A stretch of 20,000 nucleotides of DNA from an uncultured virus (IMG/VR IMGVR_UViG_3300032608_000348) (lineage: Duplodnaviria > Heunggongvirae > Uroviricota > Caudoviricetes): IMG/VR virus record IMGVR_UViG_3300032608_000348. One strand, 5' to 3'. Shown piece by piece: positions 1-8,413 of this stretch. Under the pieces are notes generated by a model, which ran no database searches, was not told where the DNA came from, and worked only from the letters and a program-made list of their open reading frames with translations. The translations under genes were made by a program, and so were the position numbers. Position 1 is the stretch's first letter. Every line of letters begins with the position of its first letter.

Positions 1-346
1 CTTCATCGGCGCGTTCTGGGTCTGACATTGCATACCACGCCAGCGCGTTGGCAGCGATTCTCACTGCCGACTCGGCCTCACACCATGATTGGCGCTCGTG
101 ACCACATTGCCTGATAAGTTCTGCGTTTAGTTCTTCAGCACGATGCGCCGCTGCCATTGCTACCTCTGCCGCGTCACGAGCGCCTTGCCAGCTTTGGCAA
201 GCAGATTCTAAGCATTGTTCCAATTCCTTCATCTCGGCCTGGTAGCTTGTAGCCCACGACCGCCACAGGACTACCTCCAATTCTAGCTTCTCAATCCGTT
301 GCGTACAAAGGTCATTTTGGTCACTCAATAGTGCCTCTGTGCTCAT
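1..346 (-). CDS. hypothetical coiled-coil protein (3' end outside window)
   Basis: ATG at 346 with SD AAGGAGG; frame stays open to the window edge (MSTEALLSDQNDLCTQRIEKLELE...); lies directly behind the promoter at 389-417; not in ORF track. Confidence 0.75.
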   Translation of the reverse strand, partial: MSTEALLSDQNDLCTQRIEKLELEVVLWRSWATSYQAEMKELEQCLESACQSWQGARDAAEVAMAAAHRAEELNAELIRQCGHERQSWCEAESAVRIAANALAWYAMSDPERADE

Positions 347-388
347 TGTTCCTCCTTGGATTCTACTTCGGCCCATCAACTTGTTCTT

Positions 389-417
389 ATCTTACCACAT
401 TATTGCGCCGTTGTCAA
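389..417 (-). promoter_or_regulatory. sigma70-type promoter, leftward
   Basis: reverse complement reads TTGACA-17 nt-TAAGAT with extended -10 TG; spacer GCGCAATAATGTG is shared with the promoter at 5012-5039. Confidence 0.8.
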
Positions 418-423
418 TACTTT

Positions 424-687
424 TCACGCTGCGGGTATCTTGCCGCAGTTCTCACCGTCAATTTCATTGTCTGGGCCATAGCGTCGTTCTCGCGCCATTG
501 CCACGCTTTTTGCCAGCCGATTGCTTATTTCCGCAGAGTATTCAGCAAGTGTCCATCCCCCGTCACTAAAAATGCTCTCCGCGTTCTCAATATACGCTCG
601 GCATATTTCATCATTGTAGCACGCGGCATCCCCAGGCCAGATAGCATCTATCGCCTCGCCAAGCTGTTCAAAGGTCCACTTGTCCAT
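424..687 (-). CDS. hypothetical protein
   Basis: ORF with GGAGGAG SD ahead of MDKWTFEQLG. Confidence 0.7.
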   Translation of the reverse strand: MDKWTFEQLGEAIDAIWPGDAACYNDEICRAYIENAESIFSDGGWTLAEYSAEISNRLAKSVAMARERRYGPDNEIDGENCGKIPAA

Positions 688-726
688 TTCATCTCCTCCA
701 ATTATTGCCACGTTTCCTCCCACTAA

Positions 727-906
727 CTAGTAAAGACCTGACGGGTCTCCACCTTCTGGAATTCCTTTCCTGTCATTGTAAATCAGGTTTTCACCCACGC
801 AATCTTCATTGTGGCAAATGTACAGACGGTACTCAAGTTTGCCTGTAGTTCTATTTACGATATTATCCAGCCAATCCATTTCCTCACCACATTCAGGACA
901 TTCCAT
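727..906 (-). CDS. small zinc-ribbon protein
   Basis: CPEC...CHNEDC cysteine pairs; start could also be 915. Confidence 0.7.
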   Translation of the reverse strand: MECPECGEEMDWLDNIVNRTTGKLEYRLYICHNEDCVGENLIYNDRKGIPEGGDPSGLY

Positions 907-1180
907 TTTGTCCATCCCCCATCGCATCCAGCACCTCCCCAAATATTTCCTCAAACCCGCACAGTGGGTATCCAATGTCACGGTAGAATTGCATATATTC
1001 TCCGAGGCTGAATTCACCTTGGTTATACGCCCGCGCCATATCATTCAAATCTATTCGGCCCCAAATCCACCGTGCCAATGGGCTTGCTTTGTATCTGAGC
1101 ACGCCGTCAACCTCTACTATCTGGTGACTAGTCAGTCCCACCTGGAACCGCGCCCATTCTGGAATTTCAATTCTTGCCAT
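893..1180 (-). CDS. hypothetical phage protein
   Basis: 95-aa ORF with SD, packed in the minus-strand operon. Confidence 0.75.
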   Translation of the reverse strand: MARIEIPEWARFQVGLTSHQIVEVDGVLRYKASPLARWIWGRIDLNDMARAYNQGEFSLGEYMQFYRDIGYPLCGFEEIFGEVLDAMGDGQNGMS

Positions 1181-1195
1181 GTGCCACCATCCTCA

Positions 1196-1221
1196 ATTTC
1201 TATCCAGCGCTAGAGTGATTT
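1196..1221. promoter_or_regulatory. Box A 26-bp palindrome, copy 1
   Basis: ATTTCTATCCAGCGCTAGAGTGATTT, intergenic; matches 5 other copies. Confidence 0.75.
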
Positions 1222-1226
1222 GCGTC

Positions 1227-1436
1227 TCACAGCGCATCATGAGACTGCTTGAACGCTATCCCCGCCTCAATCATCTCTAGCGCCCAAGTGTAGAGCAAGC
1301 GGAATTCCTGCGTCTCGTTTTTTGTCAGCGCAGGCATCGGTGTCATAGCAAGAATTAAAAGACGCCTCAGTGCTGCTGTGGGCCATGTGTTACCCCAACA
1401 TGCCTGTAGTTCGCGCAGCAGTTCCTCAATTGTCAT
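1227..1436 (-). CDS. hypothetical protein
   Basis: SD AGGGGG ahead of MTIEELLREL. Confidence 0.65.
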   Translation of the reverse strand: MTIEELLRELQACWGNTWPTAALRRLLILAMTPMPALTKNETQEFRLLYTWALEMIEAGIAFKQSHDAL

Positions 1437-1665
1437 TTTCAGTCCCCCTCTTTGCTCTGTCATTACTTGGCAAGAACTGGTCAGTGACCAATTTGATGAC
1501 TACAACTGCGCACCCGTCCCGACCATTCATAACATCCTCAATCATGTGTTCGTCACAAAAAGAATTGTATATGCCACTAAAACCTTTGTACCACACATGC
1601 CACCGCGCAGGGCCATCGCACTCCAAGCAGTTCAGGCTATGTGTCATTTCTCTCCAATTGCTCAT
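1426..1665 (-). CDS. hypothetical protein, possible Zn-binding (CLEC...CDEH)
   Basis: overlaps both neighbours in operon fashion; SD weak. Confidence 0.55.
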   Translation of the reverse strand: MSNWREMTHSLNCLECDGPARWHVWYKGFSGIYNSFCDEHMIEDVMNGRDGCAVVVIKLVTDQFLPSNDRAKRGTENDN

Positions 1666-1852
1666 ATTCTGAATATAGGGATGCCAGGCGCTTCGCGGAG
1701 CAGTAGCAAGACCAAAGAGCACCCACTACACCGCTAATCATAAGCACAACATAGGGCGGCCAGTCTGACTTGCAATAGGCCACCCCAAGAACACCTCCTA
1801 TAACGCCCCCAACAAAGAATTCCCATTGTATATCACTAAGTATTTGTTTCAC
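1637..1852 (-). CDS. small membrane protein (2 hydrophobic segments)
   Basis: GTG start after GAGGAG; FFVGGVIGGVLGVAY and YVVLMISGVVGALW segments. Confidence 0.7.
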   Translation of the reverse strand: MKQILSDIQWEFFVGGVIGGVLGVAYCKSDWPPYVVLMISGVVGALWSCYCSAKRLASLYSEYEQLERNDT

Positions 1853-1862
1853 CGTTCTCCTC

Positions 1863-2339
1863 TCACCCCCACATACTTGAAAGCCACCATCTGGGCTTGT
1901 CTTCTGCCTCAATGTTATGCTCTTCACAGAAATTAACCAACAAATCACGCTCCTCCTGCGTAATGACCATCTCACTTGGCGTTATCTCTTCTGGATAGCC
2001 ACGGGATGCAACCTTGACGGTCCTGGGCACAGCCAATATGTACATTGGAAAATCATAACTGCAATGGAGTACTAATGCAATCGGAAGCGCAGGACGTGAC
2101 TCTTTGAAATCATGCCACAATTGATAATACTCAGCAATTCTCTCTCTAGAAGGACAGATACCTTCCAAATACTCGCCATCAGCGTCAAATATCTCAAAGG
2201 GGCGCTGGTATCCTTGTACTGCATAAATCCACCAATCTTCTATATCCCCGTCGTACTCATCCGAATCCCAAGGGAACGTTGCGCCTTCCTCATTAAACGC
2301 AATCCCAAAGCAAATTTGTCCATCTGTTGAAACACCCAT
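1863..2339 (-). CDS. hypothetical acidic phage protein
   Basis: 158-aa ORF, SD AAGGAG. Confidence 0.8.
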   Translation of the reverse strand: MGVSTDGQICFGIAFNEEGATFPWDSDEYDGDIEDWWIYAVQGYQRPFEIFDADGEYLEGICPSRERIAEYYQLWHDFKESRPALPIALVLHCSYDFPMYILAVPRTVKVASRGYPEEITPSEMVITQEERDLLVNFCEEHNIEAEDKPRWWLSSMWG

Positions 2340-2351
2340 TATTCTCTCCTT

Positions 2352-2585
2352 TCAATACTCACGGTCATAGTGCCAATCTGACGTATCCTGTGCCGCATCA
2401 GCAATCACGGCTTGCGCCTCTTTCAACTGTTTCTCAAGCTCCTCTATCCGCACCCTTGCCACTGCCAATGCCATCTCTGCCTTGGCCCAGGCTTCCTCAA
2501 GCAGCGTTTCTCTTTCCACCTCTTGCTCAAACTCCTCTGTCCTCTGCGCCACCTCTCTTGTGGTGGATTCGTTTATCTTTGACAT
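2352..2585 (-). CDS. hypothetical coiled-coil protein
   Basis: 77-aa E/A-rich ORF, SD GGGAG. Confidence 0.75.
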   Translation of the reverse strand: MSKINESTTREVAQRTEEFEQEVERETLLEEAWAKAEMALAVARVRIEELEKQLKEAQAVIADAAQDTSDWHYDREY

Positions 2586-2586
2586 T

Positions 2587-2985
2587 TTACTCCCTTGTTA
2601 TCTCTTCTGTGTTCAAGTCTACTACCATCCCAACCTCAAAGGCGTTGTAGCCCTTCTCAGTCGTGATTGCCACTGAAACAACGACCTCGTAGTTGTGGCG
2701 TGTTCCGCGCACCCGCCAACCAAACACTGCTGCTGGCACGCCCTCTTGCTGCTCTATGGCGGCTCGTGCCGCTTCAACAATCTTGTCACTCAGTTTCATC
2801 ACACCTTCGCCGCCCGTAGTCGCAAAAAGCGCGGCCGCGGCTCTATTCGCAAAAAGCGCACACGCGGCCCTATCTGGGCTGACGGATTGCCCGGATTGGA
2901 GACATTGGGAAACGTATTTGCTCGTGTGCCCAATCCCGTGCGCCCTCGTTTCTATGTGATAGCAGTCATTGCAGGTTGCACTCAC
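2587..2985 (-). CDS. hypothetical protein, possibly fusion of two small genes
   Basis: GTG start with GAGGAGGTG SD; Cys-rich N-half, 13-bp direct repeat, then internal SD-like GAAGG + ATG (MKLSDKIV). Confidence 0.6.
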   Translation of the reverse strand: MSATCNDCYHIETRAHGIGHTSKYVSQCLQSGQSVSPDRAACALFANRAAAALFATTGGEGVMKLSDKIVEAARAAIEQQEGVPAAVFGWRVRGTRHNYEVVVSVAITTEKGYNAFEVGMVVDLNTEEITRE

Positions 2986-3039
2986 TCGTCACCTCCTCAG
3001 TGTTGTATCAGTAACCCCATCTAATGCTATTCTACCACA

Positions 3040-3513
3040 TCATTGCGCCTGTGTCAATGCTTTCGCCACAGCATTTTGCCCTTCCACTACTTGGTCCCAC
3101 CTGTCACATATTTCCAGCATTTCATCATCGTGGTCTCCGTCCCACCATCCAAGTTCTTCGCAGTGTTGATACATAGCGTTGATTTCTGCAACGAGTTCAG
3201 GGGGACCAGCCAGCGCCTTCTGTGGCTCTGCGTATGCAGCCCCACCTCCCTCAACGAGTAGCGTGCCTGCGGGGAATTCATCGCGCCAGACCTGAAGGGC
3301 CTTGGATACCACATCGCTTTCCAGGTGAAACGATATAGAATCGTCACCAGCACTATACAAAGTAAATCCTCTCTGTTGATTGATAGTAGCCGCCTCAGTA
3401 GCACTGAGTTGTCTCATAACATCAATGTGCTCATCACCACATCTCAATCTGCCATAGTAATGCTGGCCCAATCCCAGAAAACGGTATGAACTGATTGTCA
3501 AGTATACAATCAT
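3040..3513 (-). CDS. hypothetical protein
   Basis: AAGGAG SD ahead of MIVYLTISSY. Confidence 0.75.
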   Translation of the reverse strand: MIVYLTISSYRFLGLGQHYYGRLRCGDEHIDVMRQLSATEAATINQQRGFTLYSAGDDSISFHLESDVVSKALQVWRDEFPAGTLLVEGGGAAYAEPQKALAGPPELVAEINAMYQHCEELGWWDGDHDDEMLEICDRWDQVVEGQNAVAKALTQAQ

Positions 3514-3666
3514 ACATCTCCTTTTCACTTGCCCTATCCCTACCCGTCCAGAACACAGGGTATGTGTGTCCCAGCAGTGAAGGGAGCATATATATCGAGA
3601 TTCTGGCCAGTAGGGAACGGTGATGTGCCCCCTCACGTAATGAAAACCTGTCCAACGCTGGACTGC

Positions 3667-4089
3667 TTAGCACGCCTGTTCTAATGAGACGGCAAAAACA
3701 AGTGGAATCTTAAACCCATCAGGCTGTTGTCCCGCCCTAAAGCCTGGAGTCCCTACAACGATATGAGAGTTTTCATCACTCGTGCAAAACACAAAGGCAA
3801 ATAAATACCTGTCCAAATCTACATCGTCATCACCGCCGCCATACGCGATTTTCTCACCAAGATAGCAGATTCTGTCTGTGTGTGTACTCTTTGCCATTTC
3901 CTCTGCCCTACAGGCTACAATGATTCTCCGGCCTGGAAAGCAATTGTCCAGAGAGGATACCAATTCGTGAGTGTGTTTGCCGCCCATTTCCCAATTAGGC
4001 GGCAATCCTTCCTCATAACCTAATGCCAGTCTCATGGTTGAGATTGCTCTTGCACAACAGTTGTTGTCACTCGCCTGTGCTATTTTCAT
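3667..4089 (-). CDS. hypothetical protein, possible C39/papain-like cysteine peptidase
   Basis: first gene after the leftward promoter; N-terminal Q-x5-C (QASDNNC) and later HIVVG resemble C39-like catalytic motifs (by eye only). Confidence 0.5.
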   Translation of the reverse strand: MKIAQASDNNCCARAISTMRLALGYEEGLPPNWEMGGKHTHELVSSLDNCFPGRRIIVACRAEEMAKSTHTDRICYLGEKIAYGGGDDDVDLDRYLFAFVFCTSDENSHIVVGTPGFRAGQQPDGFKIPLVFAVSLEQAC

Positions 4090-4145
4090 TTGTCAATCTT
4101 CCTCTGGCGTCCCATCCTCTTTGATTGGTTTGTCCACCTGATGCT

Positions 4146-4174
4146 ATCATACCACACGCTGCTAGCTTTGTCAA
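4146..4174 (-). promoter_or_regulatory. sigma70-type promoter driving the left arm
   Basis: reverse complement TTGACA-17 nt-TATGAT with extended -10 TG. Confidence 0.85.
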
Positions 4175-5011
4175 TACTATGTGTTACACCAGTTTTTGTT
4201 ACCGCTATGGGGTTTCAACCCCTTGTGCACGCCGCGCGTCGCGCCAAGTTTTTTGGGCCACACCCCTGTGGCGGCAAGAAGGGTTGCAATCGCGCTGGCC
4301 ACAAGGATTGCGGTATGGCTCGGTCGCTATCATTGCGACTACCGCCCTTGCTATGGCAGGGAGAGCAACAGCGATTGCGACTGTGGCTGCTACTGCAACG
4401 CAAGTCAACTTCTGACTACATTGTTTATGTCAACCAGACTGTAAACTGGCGCAAGACCACTGCCAAGGGCAATAGAGATGTTGGTGTAGCAATGACACCA
4501 ACTACCGCTGCCAACCTGGTTGCAGACGTAGCCAGGCCACCAGGTTAGAATTTAGTGTATGCGTGACACTAAGCCTATCAGTAGCCACAACGTGTTTTGC
4601 AAAAGGCTTGCGCATAGTGATATAAGCACATGCAATTGCTAGCAAATTAAGGCTATTGGCACCAACAGCTACACAATAGCCTACACGTTAACGTTTAAGG
4701 GCGCTTTTTGTGGCCTGTTTCTAACACGGTAGCGTCTATTCAACAAACTGCATATACTCTTACACGGTAACGGATAAGAACTGGACAAAGCGACGGTAGA
4801 ATTTGGCAAACTGCAATGAGACATTGCCAAGATTGCGACGGCCGGTGCAATAGAATGTTGCAAGGCACAAGGCACAAGGGTGCTGGCAAGGGCTGTAGGG
4901 CCACAAAGAGGGCGCTTCTGCAATGCTTTATTGCAAGGCGGTGACAATCAAAGTGGTATTGACAGCAACCTTAAGGCTGGCAAGTGACACGCTTTCCTTA
5001 AGGTTAGGCTA

Positions 5012-5039
5012 TTGACAAAGCGCAATAATGTGCTACACT
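5012..5039 (+). promoter_or_regulatory. sigma70-type promoter driving the right arm and ncRNA candidate
   Basis: TTGACA-16 nt-TACACT with TGn extension; TATTGACAAAGC is shared with the promoter at 4146-4174. Confidence 0.75.
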
Positions 5040-5044
5040 TAAGT

Positions 5045-5600
5045 TGAAGGTGAAGGAAGGAAAGACAGGAACTTAAAAACTAGAAATAGAAAAACTCAAA
5101 ACTCTCAAGATAGGGAGAGGCGAACAGCCAAGGACCCGGGGCTCGCAAGAGAAGAGAAAAGGTAAACGAAGGGGAGGCTAACCGAAGGGGAGAGCAGAGA
5201 GGAATAAAATAACCGCAAGGCCGACAGACAGAGACGATGGAAGCGATTGGCCCGGAGACTTGGCGGTGACCTGAAAACTGGGAGAGACGCGCTGGCAACA
5301 GTGGAAACCTCTACCACCTAGTAAGAGAGCCAAGCAGCGTAACATACAATCGCGGATTCACCTGGGATAGGCCGACAGCGAGTAGCGAGAGAGTGAAGAC
5401 AGGCAAACTCATTACACTATTGTAACGGAGCTCAACTTGACATACTCCACACAATAGGAACGCAGAATGAGCGAGTTTGATTTCACTTTGGCGCACACAA
5501 ACGAAGAGGCGACAATTCCTGTAAAATAATAGACACAGGGGCAAGTCAAGCCAGGCTTGCATAGTTTGTGTGCAGCAAAGTGCGATCAAGCACTTGAGCA
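5045..5600 (+). ncRNA. large structured non-coding RNA candidate (family unassigned)
   Basis: no credible + strand ORF; nested helices 5243-5249/5347-5353, 5392-5397/5482-5487, 5404-5410/5473-5479, 5417-5423/5451-5457, 5493-5502/5564-5573; several GNRA-capped hairpins; sits right behind a promoter. Confidence 0.6.
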
Positions 5601-5634
5601 AAAAACAGAATCACAATCACATAAGGAGACGAAA

Positions 5635-5946
5635 ATGACAAGGAATAAGAGACTACTTCTGTTGAGCGTAGCACTATTGGCAATCGGACTGGGTAACGGC
5701 GCGTGCGGCGCGTCTGATGACTTGACAGTTGAGGCGGTAGTTGAGCACCAGACCGAGTCTGCGGAAAGCGGTGTAGAATGCGAGTACACGTTTATATCAA
5801 CAGAGATAAGCGTACGGCTAGCGCATTATCGTATCTGCGAAGATGACGATAATGACAAGCGTTTGGCCGCTTTGCAGAACGCTATAGATGATTGCGTGAA
5901 GGTGTGCGCTGATAACGCTGATTGCTTGGCGCAATGTGGCAAGTAG
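5635..5946 (+). CDS. putative lipoprotein
   Basis: TAAGGAG SD; basic n-region, hydrophobic h-region and GAC lipobox-like site (MTRNKRLLLLSVALLAIGLGNGAC). Confidence 0.7.
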   Translation: MTRNKRLLLLSVALLAIGLGNGACGASDDLTVEAVVEHQTESAESGVECEYTFISTEISVRLAHYRICEDDDNDKRLAALQNAIDDCVKVCADNADCLAQCGK

Positions 5947-6005
5947 TATATACACCGCCTGCGTGAGAGATTGCGCAGGCGGTACAGATCACAGGAGAGG
6001 ATAAA

Positions 6006-6350
6006 ATGACACATGCCATAGCACGTGCGTTACAAAGGTGTAACCCTTGTGCTTTCGGCCTAACAGCGGAAAGCGCAATCAGGAAAGCACAAAGCACAAT
6101 CGCAAGGCTGGCAAGTGAAAGGCCGGAACTTAGAGAATATTTGCTGATTGTCGCAAAGAGCAACAGGGTTGTAGCGGATAACGAAAAAGGATCACGCCGT
6201 AGCAATGGCGATCTGCTATGCGCAATTGTGCGCAATCGCAATGGTCGGCGAGTGATTGCTACAATGATACTCAGGCGCTCGTCACAGCCTACACGACTTG
6301 ACGGATTGCGCTATGTTATAGTGCAAGGCAATCAAGTCATTATTCTATAA
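6006..6350 (+). CDS. hypothetical basic protein, possible RelE/DUF4258-like fold
   Basis: N-terminal THAxxRxxxR and C-terminal beta strands ending VIAT; family assignment is a guess. Confidence 0.55.
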   Translation: MTHAIARALQRCNPCAFGLTAESAIRKAQSTIARLASERPELREYLLIVAKSNRVVADNEKGSRRSNGDLLCAIVRNRNGRRVIATMILRRSSQPTRLDGLRYVIVQGNQVIIL

Positions 6351-6364
6351 AGGGGAGGTATAAA

Positions 6365-6553
6365 ATGGGAAGCAAAGAAGCATCAAAAAAGTACCAGGAA
6401 CGGCAACGGGAAATATATGCAAAGTTGGAGTGCATCAAGGTTTCGCTTGAGAATCATCAAGAAGTTGCTGCCACGGTGCATTATGGGCACGTTGGAGACA
6501 TGGCGTATGTCAGTGGGCAACTTGATGAAATACTGACCTTTCTGAGAGTGTGA
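6365..6553 (+). CDS. hypothetical phage protein
   Basis: GGAGGT SD; 62 aa with HYGHVGD motif. Confidence 0.75.
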   Translation: MGSKEASKKYQERQREIYAKLECIKVSLENHQEVAATVHYGHVGDMAYVSGQLDEILTFLRV

Positions 6554-7074
6554 GAAGCATAATGCTAACATACAATCAGATTAGGAAACTGGCAAGGGCG
6601 TACTCGGACAAGCAAATGCTCAACAAAGATATGCGCTTGACACAGGGTGCTGGATGGTGGTCAAATGGCTTTGTCATGTTCCTGGAAAAAGAGCCAAAGA
6701 ACAAAAGCGACAAGTGTGAGGTCGCAGACGGGAAACAAGAACACCTTGACGACGTTATGCGCCAAGCGGAAGGGAGTGAGCAAGCGTGGCCAGTGGAGAT
6801 GCGCGCGCATGGCGACAGACGAATAAAGGCGTTTGTGCGATTTGAGACGATGGATGGGCAGCCCAATGTCATACTCAAGGACAATGCTTTTGCCGTTATG
6901 GAACTGGCAATCCATGAGATGGCGCATTACAGCGAAGCAAACCATAGCGCGCCTTACGAGAGCGCAAGATTTGAAATTGCCCGCAAGGTTGGCGTGGCGG
7001 CTCCTGCAATCCTGGCAACAATTGTCAATCTACAGGCAAGGCCAGCAAAGCGGGGGCGCTACTGGGAAAACTAG
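6550..7074 (+). CDS. hypothetical protein with C-terminal HExxH zincin motif
   Basis: GTGA overlap with upstream stop (alternative ATG 6562); LAIHEMAHYSEANH. Confidence 0.65.
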   Translation: MRSIMLTYNQIRKLARAYSDKQMLNKDMRLTQGAGWWSNGFVMFLEKEPKNKSDKCEVADGKQEHLDDVMRQAEGSEQAWPVEMRAHGDRRIKAFVRFETMDGQPNVILKDNAFAVMELAIHEMAHYSEANHSAPYESARFEIARKVGVAAPAILATIVNLQARPAKRGRYWEN

Positions 7075-7080
7075 GGAAAA

Positions 7081-7104
7081 GGGCAGGGTAGTACCTGCCC
7101 GATC
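7081..7104 (+). repeat. hairpin-GATC module
   Basis: GGGCAGG-GTAGTA-CCTGCCC then GATC; second copy at 7156-7178. Confidence 0.75.
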
Positions 7105-7181
7105 ATGGGCCTCGGCCGGACCACTGCCAGTCCACATCTACAGCCACGGGCAGTCGGCAGGGTAAAACCTGCCTGATCAAA

Positions 7182-7200
7182 TGTAGTATATGATACTACA
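7182..7200. promoter_or_regulatory. Box B 19-bp palindrome (inverted copy)
   Basis: TGTAGTAT-ATG-ATACTACA just upstream of an SD. Confidence 0.75.
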
Positions 7201-7221
7201 AATTCACAAAGAGGAGACAAA

Positions 7222-7410
7222 ATGACACCAGAAGAAAAAAGAGAAAAGTACTCGGGCGTCAAGGTGACGCTTGACGGTCAAGCAGCAGAAATTATCGGAT
7301 ACCGCCACAAGTTTGCGGCAGTCGCAACCTTGCCCACTGGCGCGGCTTACCAGTGGACATGGGACGCTGTTGAGCTCGTCGTGAGCAAGGGCGGAGATTT
7401 TCGGAGTTAG
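7222..7410 (+). CDS. hypothetical phage protein
   Basis: GAGGAG SD, 62 aa. Confidence 0.75.
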   Translation: MTPEEKREKYSGVKVTLDGQAAEIIGYRHKFAAVATLPTGAAYQWTWDAVELVVSKGGDFRS

Positions 7411-7432
7411 TCAAGAATCCAAAAGGAGAAAA

Positions 7433-7663
7433 ATGACAGGATATGAGTTAATCAAAAGAATCAACAAAATGGCAAAGAGTCCAGTGCAATATAGGGCAAA
7501 CTGGAAAAAGCCTGCGGAGAGAATAGCAGGTCAAGTTGAGGATATAATCAGCAGACTGCGCGCGTTTGCCAATCACCACAAAGAGGGTTGTGTTGCTGAC
7601 CGCTGCAACAGTGTGGCGGCCGACCTGGAAGCCAAGCTACAAGAATCCATGGCACAATTCTAA
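7433..7663 (+). CDS. hypothetical protein
   Basis: AAGGAG SD, 76 aa. Confidence 0.75.
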   Translation: MTGYELIKRINKMAKSPVQYRANWKKPAERIAGQVEDIISRLRAFANHHKEGCVADRCNSVAADLEAKLQESMAQF

Positions 7664-7678
7664 GGAGAGGAGGTCAAG

Positions 7679-7906
7679 ATGACTTGGCAAACAAGGAAAC
7701 TGGGATATGGGACGGATGTACCGTTGGAAGACTGGCACATTGTTACAGAGAAATTCTTTCGATGCAATATGGGACGCAAGCGCACACACATCAAAGCGGA
7801 CTTGCTGGCATTTCTTGAAACCCATCCTGGCACTGCATTCAAAACACTATTCCGAGAATTCAGGTTTATGTCTTTCCCAAAGGGAGGAAGCAATGAGTCG
7901 GGATAA
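7679..7906 (+). CDS. hypothetical protein
   Basis: GGAGGT SD, 75 aa. Confidence 0.7.
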   Translation: MTWQTRKLGYGTDVPLEDWHIVTEKFFRCNMGRKRTHIKADLLAFLETHPGTAFKTLFREFRFMSFPKGGSNESG

Positions 7907-8084
7907 CCTACGACAGAAACAGGATAGAATCCTGGAACTTGTGGACAGTCTAGGGATAAACAGGAACTTGCGCATATCCTCAGATTTTCCTGGCTCCCCG
8001 CAGGTCTGGGAGTTGGCGCATTTCGTTTTTCCAGAATGGGAAGCTGCCATAAATGCAACATTGCGTTACCTTGAGCAAAAGTAG
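7893..8084 (+). CDS. hypothetical protein
   Basis: GGAGG SD ahead of MSRDNLRQKQ. Confidence 0.7.
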   Translation: MSRDNLRQKQDRILELVDSLGINRNLRISSDFPGSPQVWELAHFVFPEWEAAINATLRYLEQK

Positions 8085-8111
8085 GCAAAAGTCCAAAAAG
8101 GAGAGAATAAA

Positions 8112-8354
8112 ATGATTACAAAGGCACAGTTGCAGGAAATCCAAATCGGTCAGCGCATCGGGTCAGTGACGGCTCCATGGTTTTTTCCCTCCCCTGGGTT
8201 GTGCGAAAGAGAGGGCAGGGTCATCGACAAAATCTCTGGCAAGTGGGGCAATTACCTGATGGTGGAACTTGATGACGGCGAGGTGACGACGGCATACTCC
8301 TGCTATGACGCCAACAAGCGTGAGGGAATTGGCTGGTATGCGTTGGAAGGATAA
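8112..8354 (+). CDS. hypothetical protein
   Basis: AAGGAG SD, 80 aa. Confidence 0.75.
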   Translation: MITKAQLQEIQIGQRIGSVTAPWFFPSPGLCEREGRVIDKISGKWGNYLMVELDDGEVTTAYSCYDANKREGIGWYALEG

Positions 8355-8413
8355 ACTCAGACGGTCCAGAAGTCCAAAGACACACACAAGAAAAGGCTGA
8401 AAAGGAGATAGGA

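Noticed and set aside
331..3261. Plus-strand ORFs in the left arm (and minus-strand ORFs throughout the right arm)
   Set aside because: Antisense shadows of SD-supported genes tightly packed on the other strand
3514..3666. In-frame open stretch linking ORF 3667-4089 to 3040-3513, suggesting stop readthrough or recoding
   Set aside because: Stop is TAA, the downstream gene has its own strong SD, and all three stop codons end genes normally elsewhere
4959..4990. Additional TTGACA as a second rightward promoter
   Set aside because: No acceptable -10 at 16-18 nt spacing
5045..5600. RNase P RNA, tmRNA or group II intron identity for the large RNA
   Set aside because: Could not find GAGGAAAGUCC, tRNA-like termini or a domain V motif by eye
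4090..5601. Track ORFs in the divergent region (e.g. 4090-4548, 4681-4947, 5311-5601)
   Set aside because: No SD, they overlap promoters or the structured RNA, and composition is low-complexity
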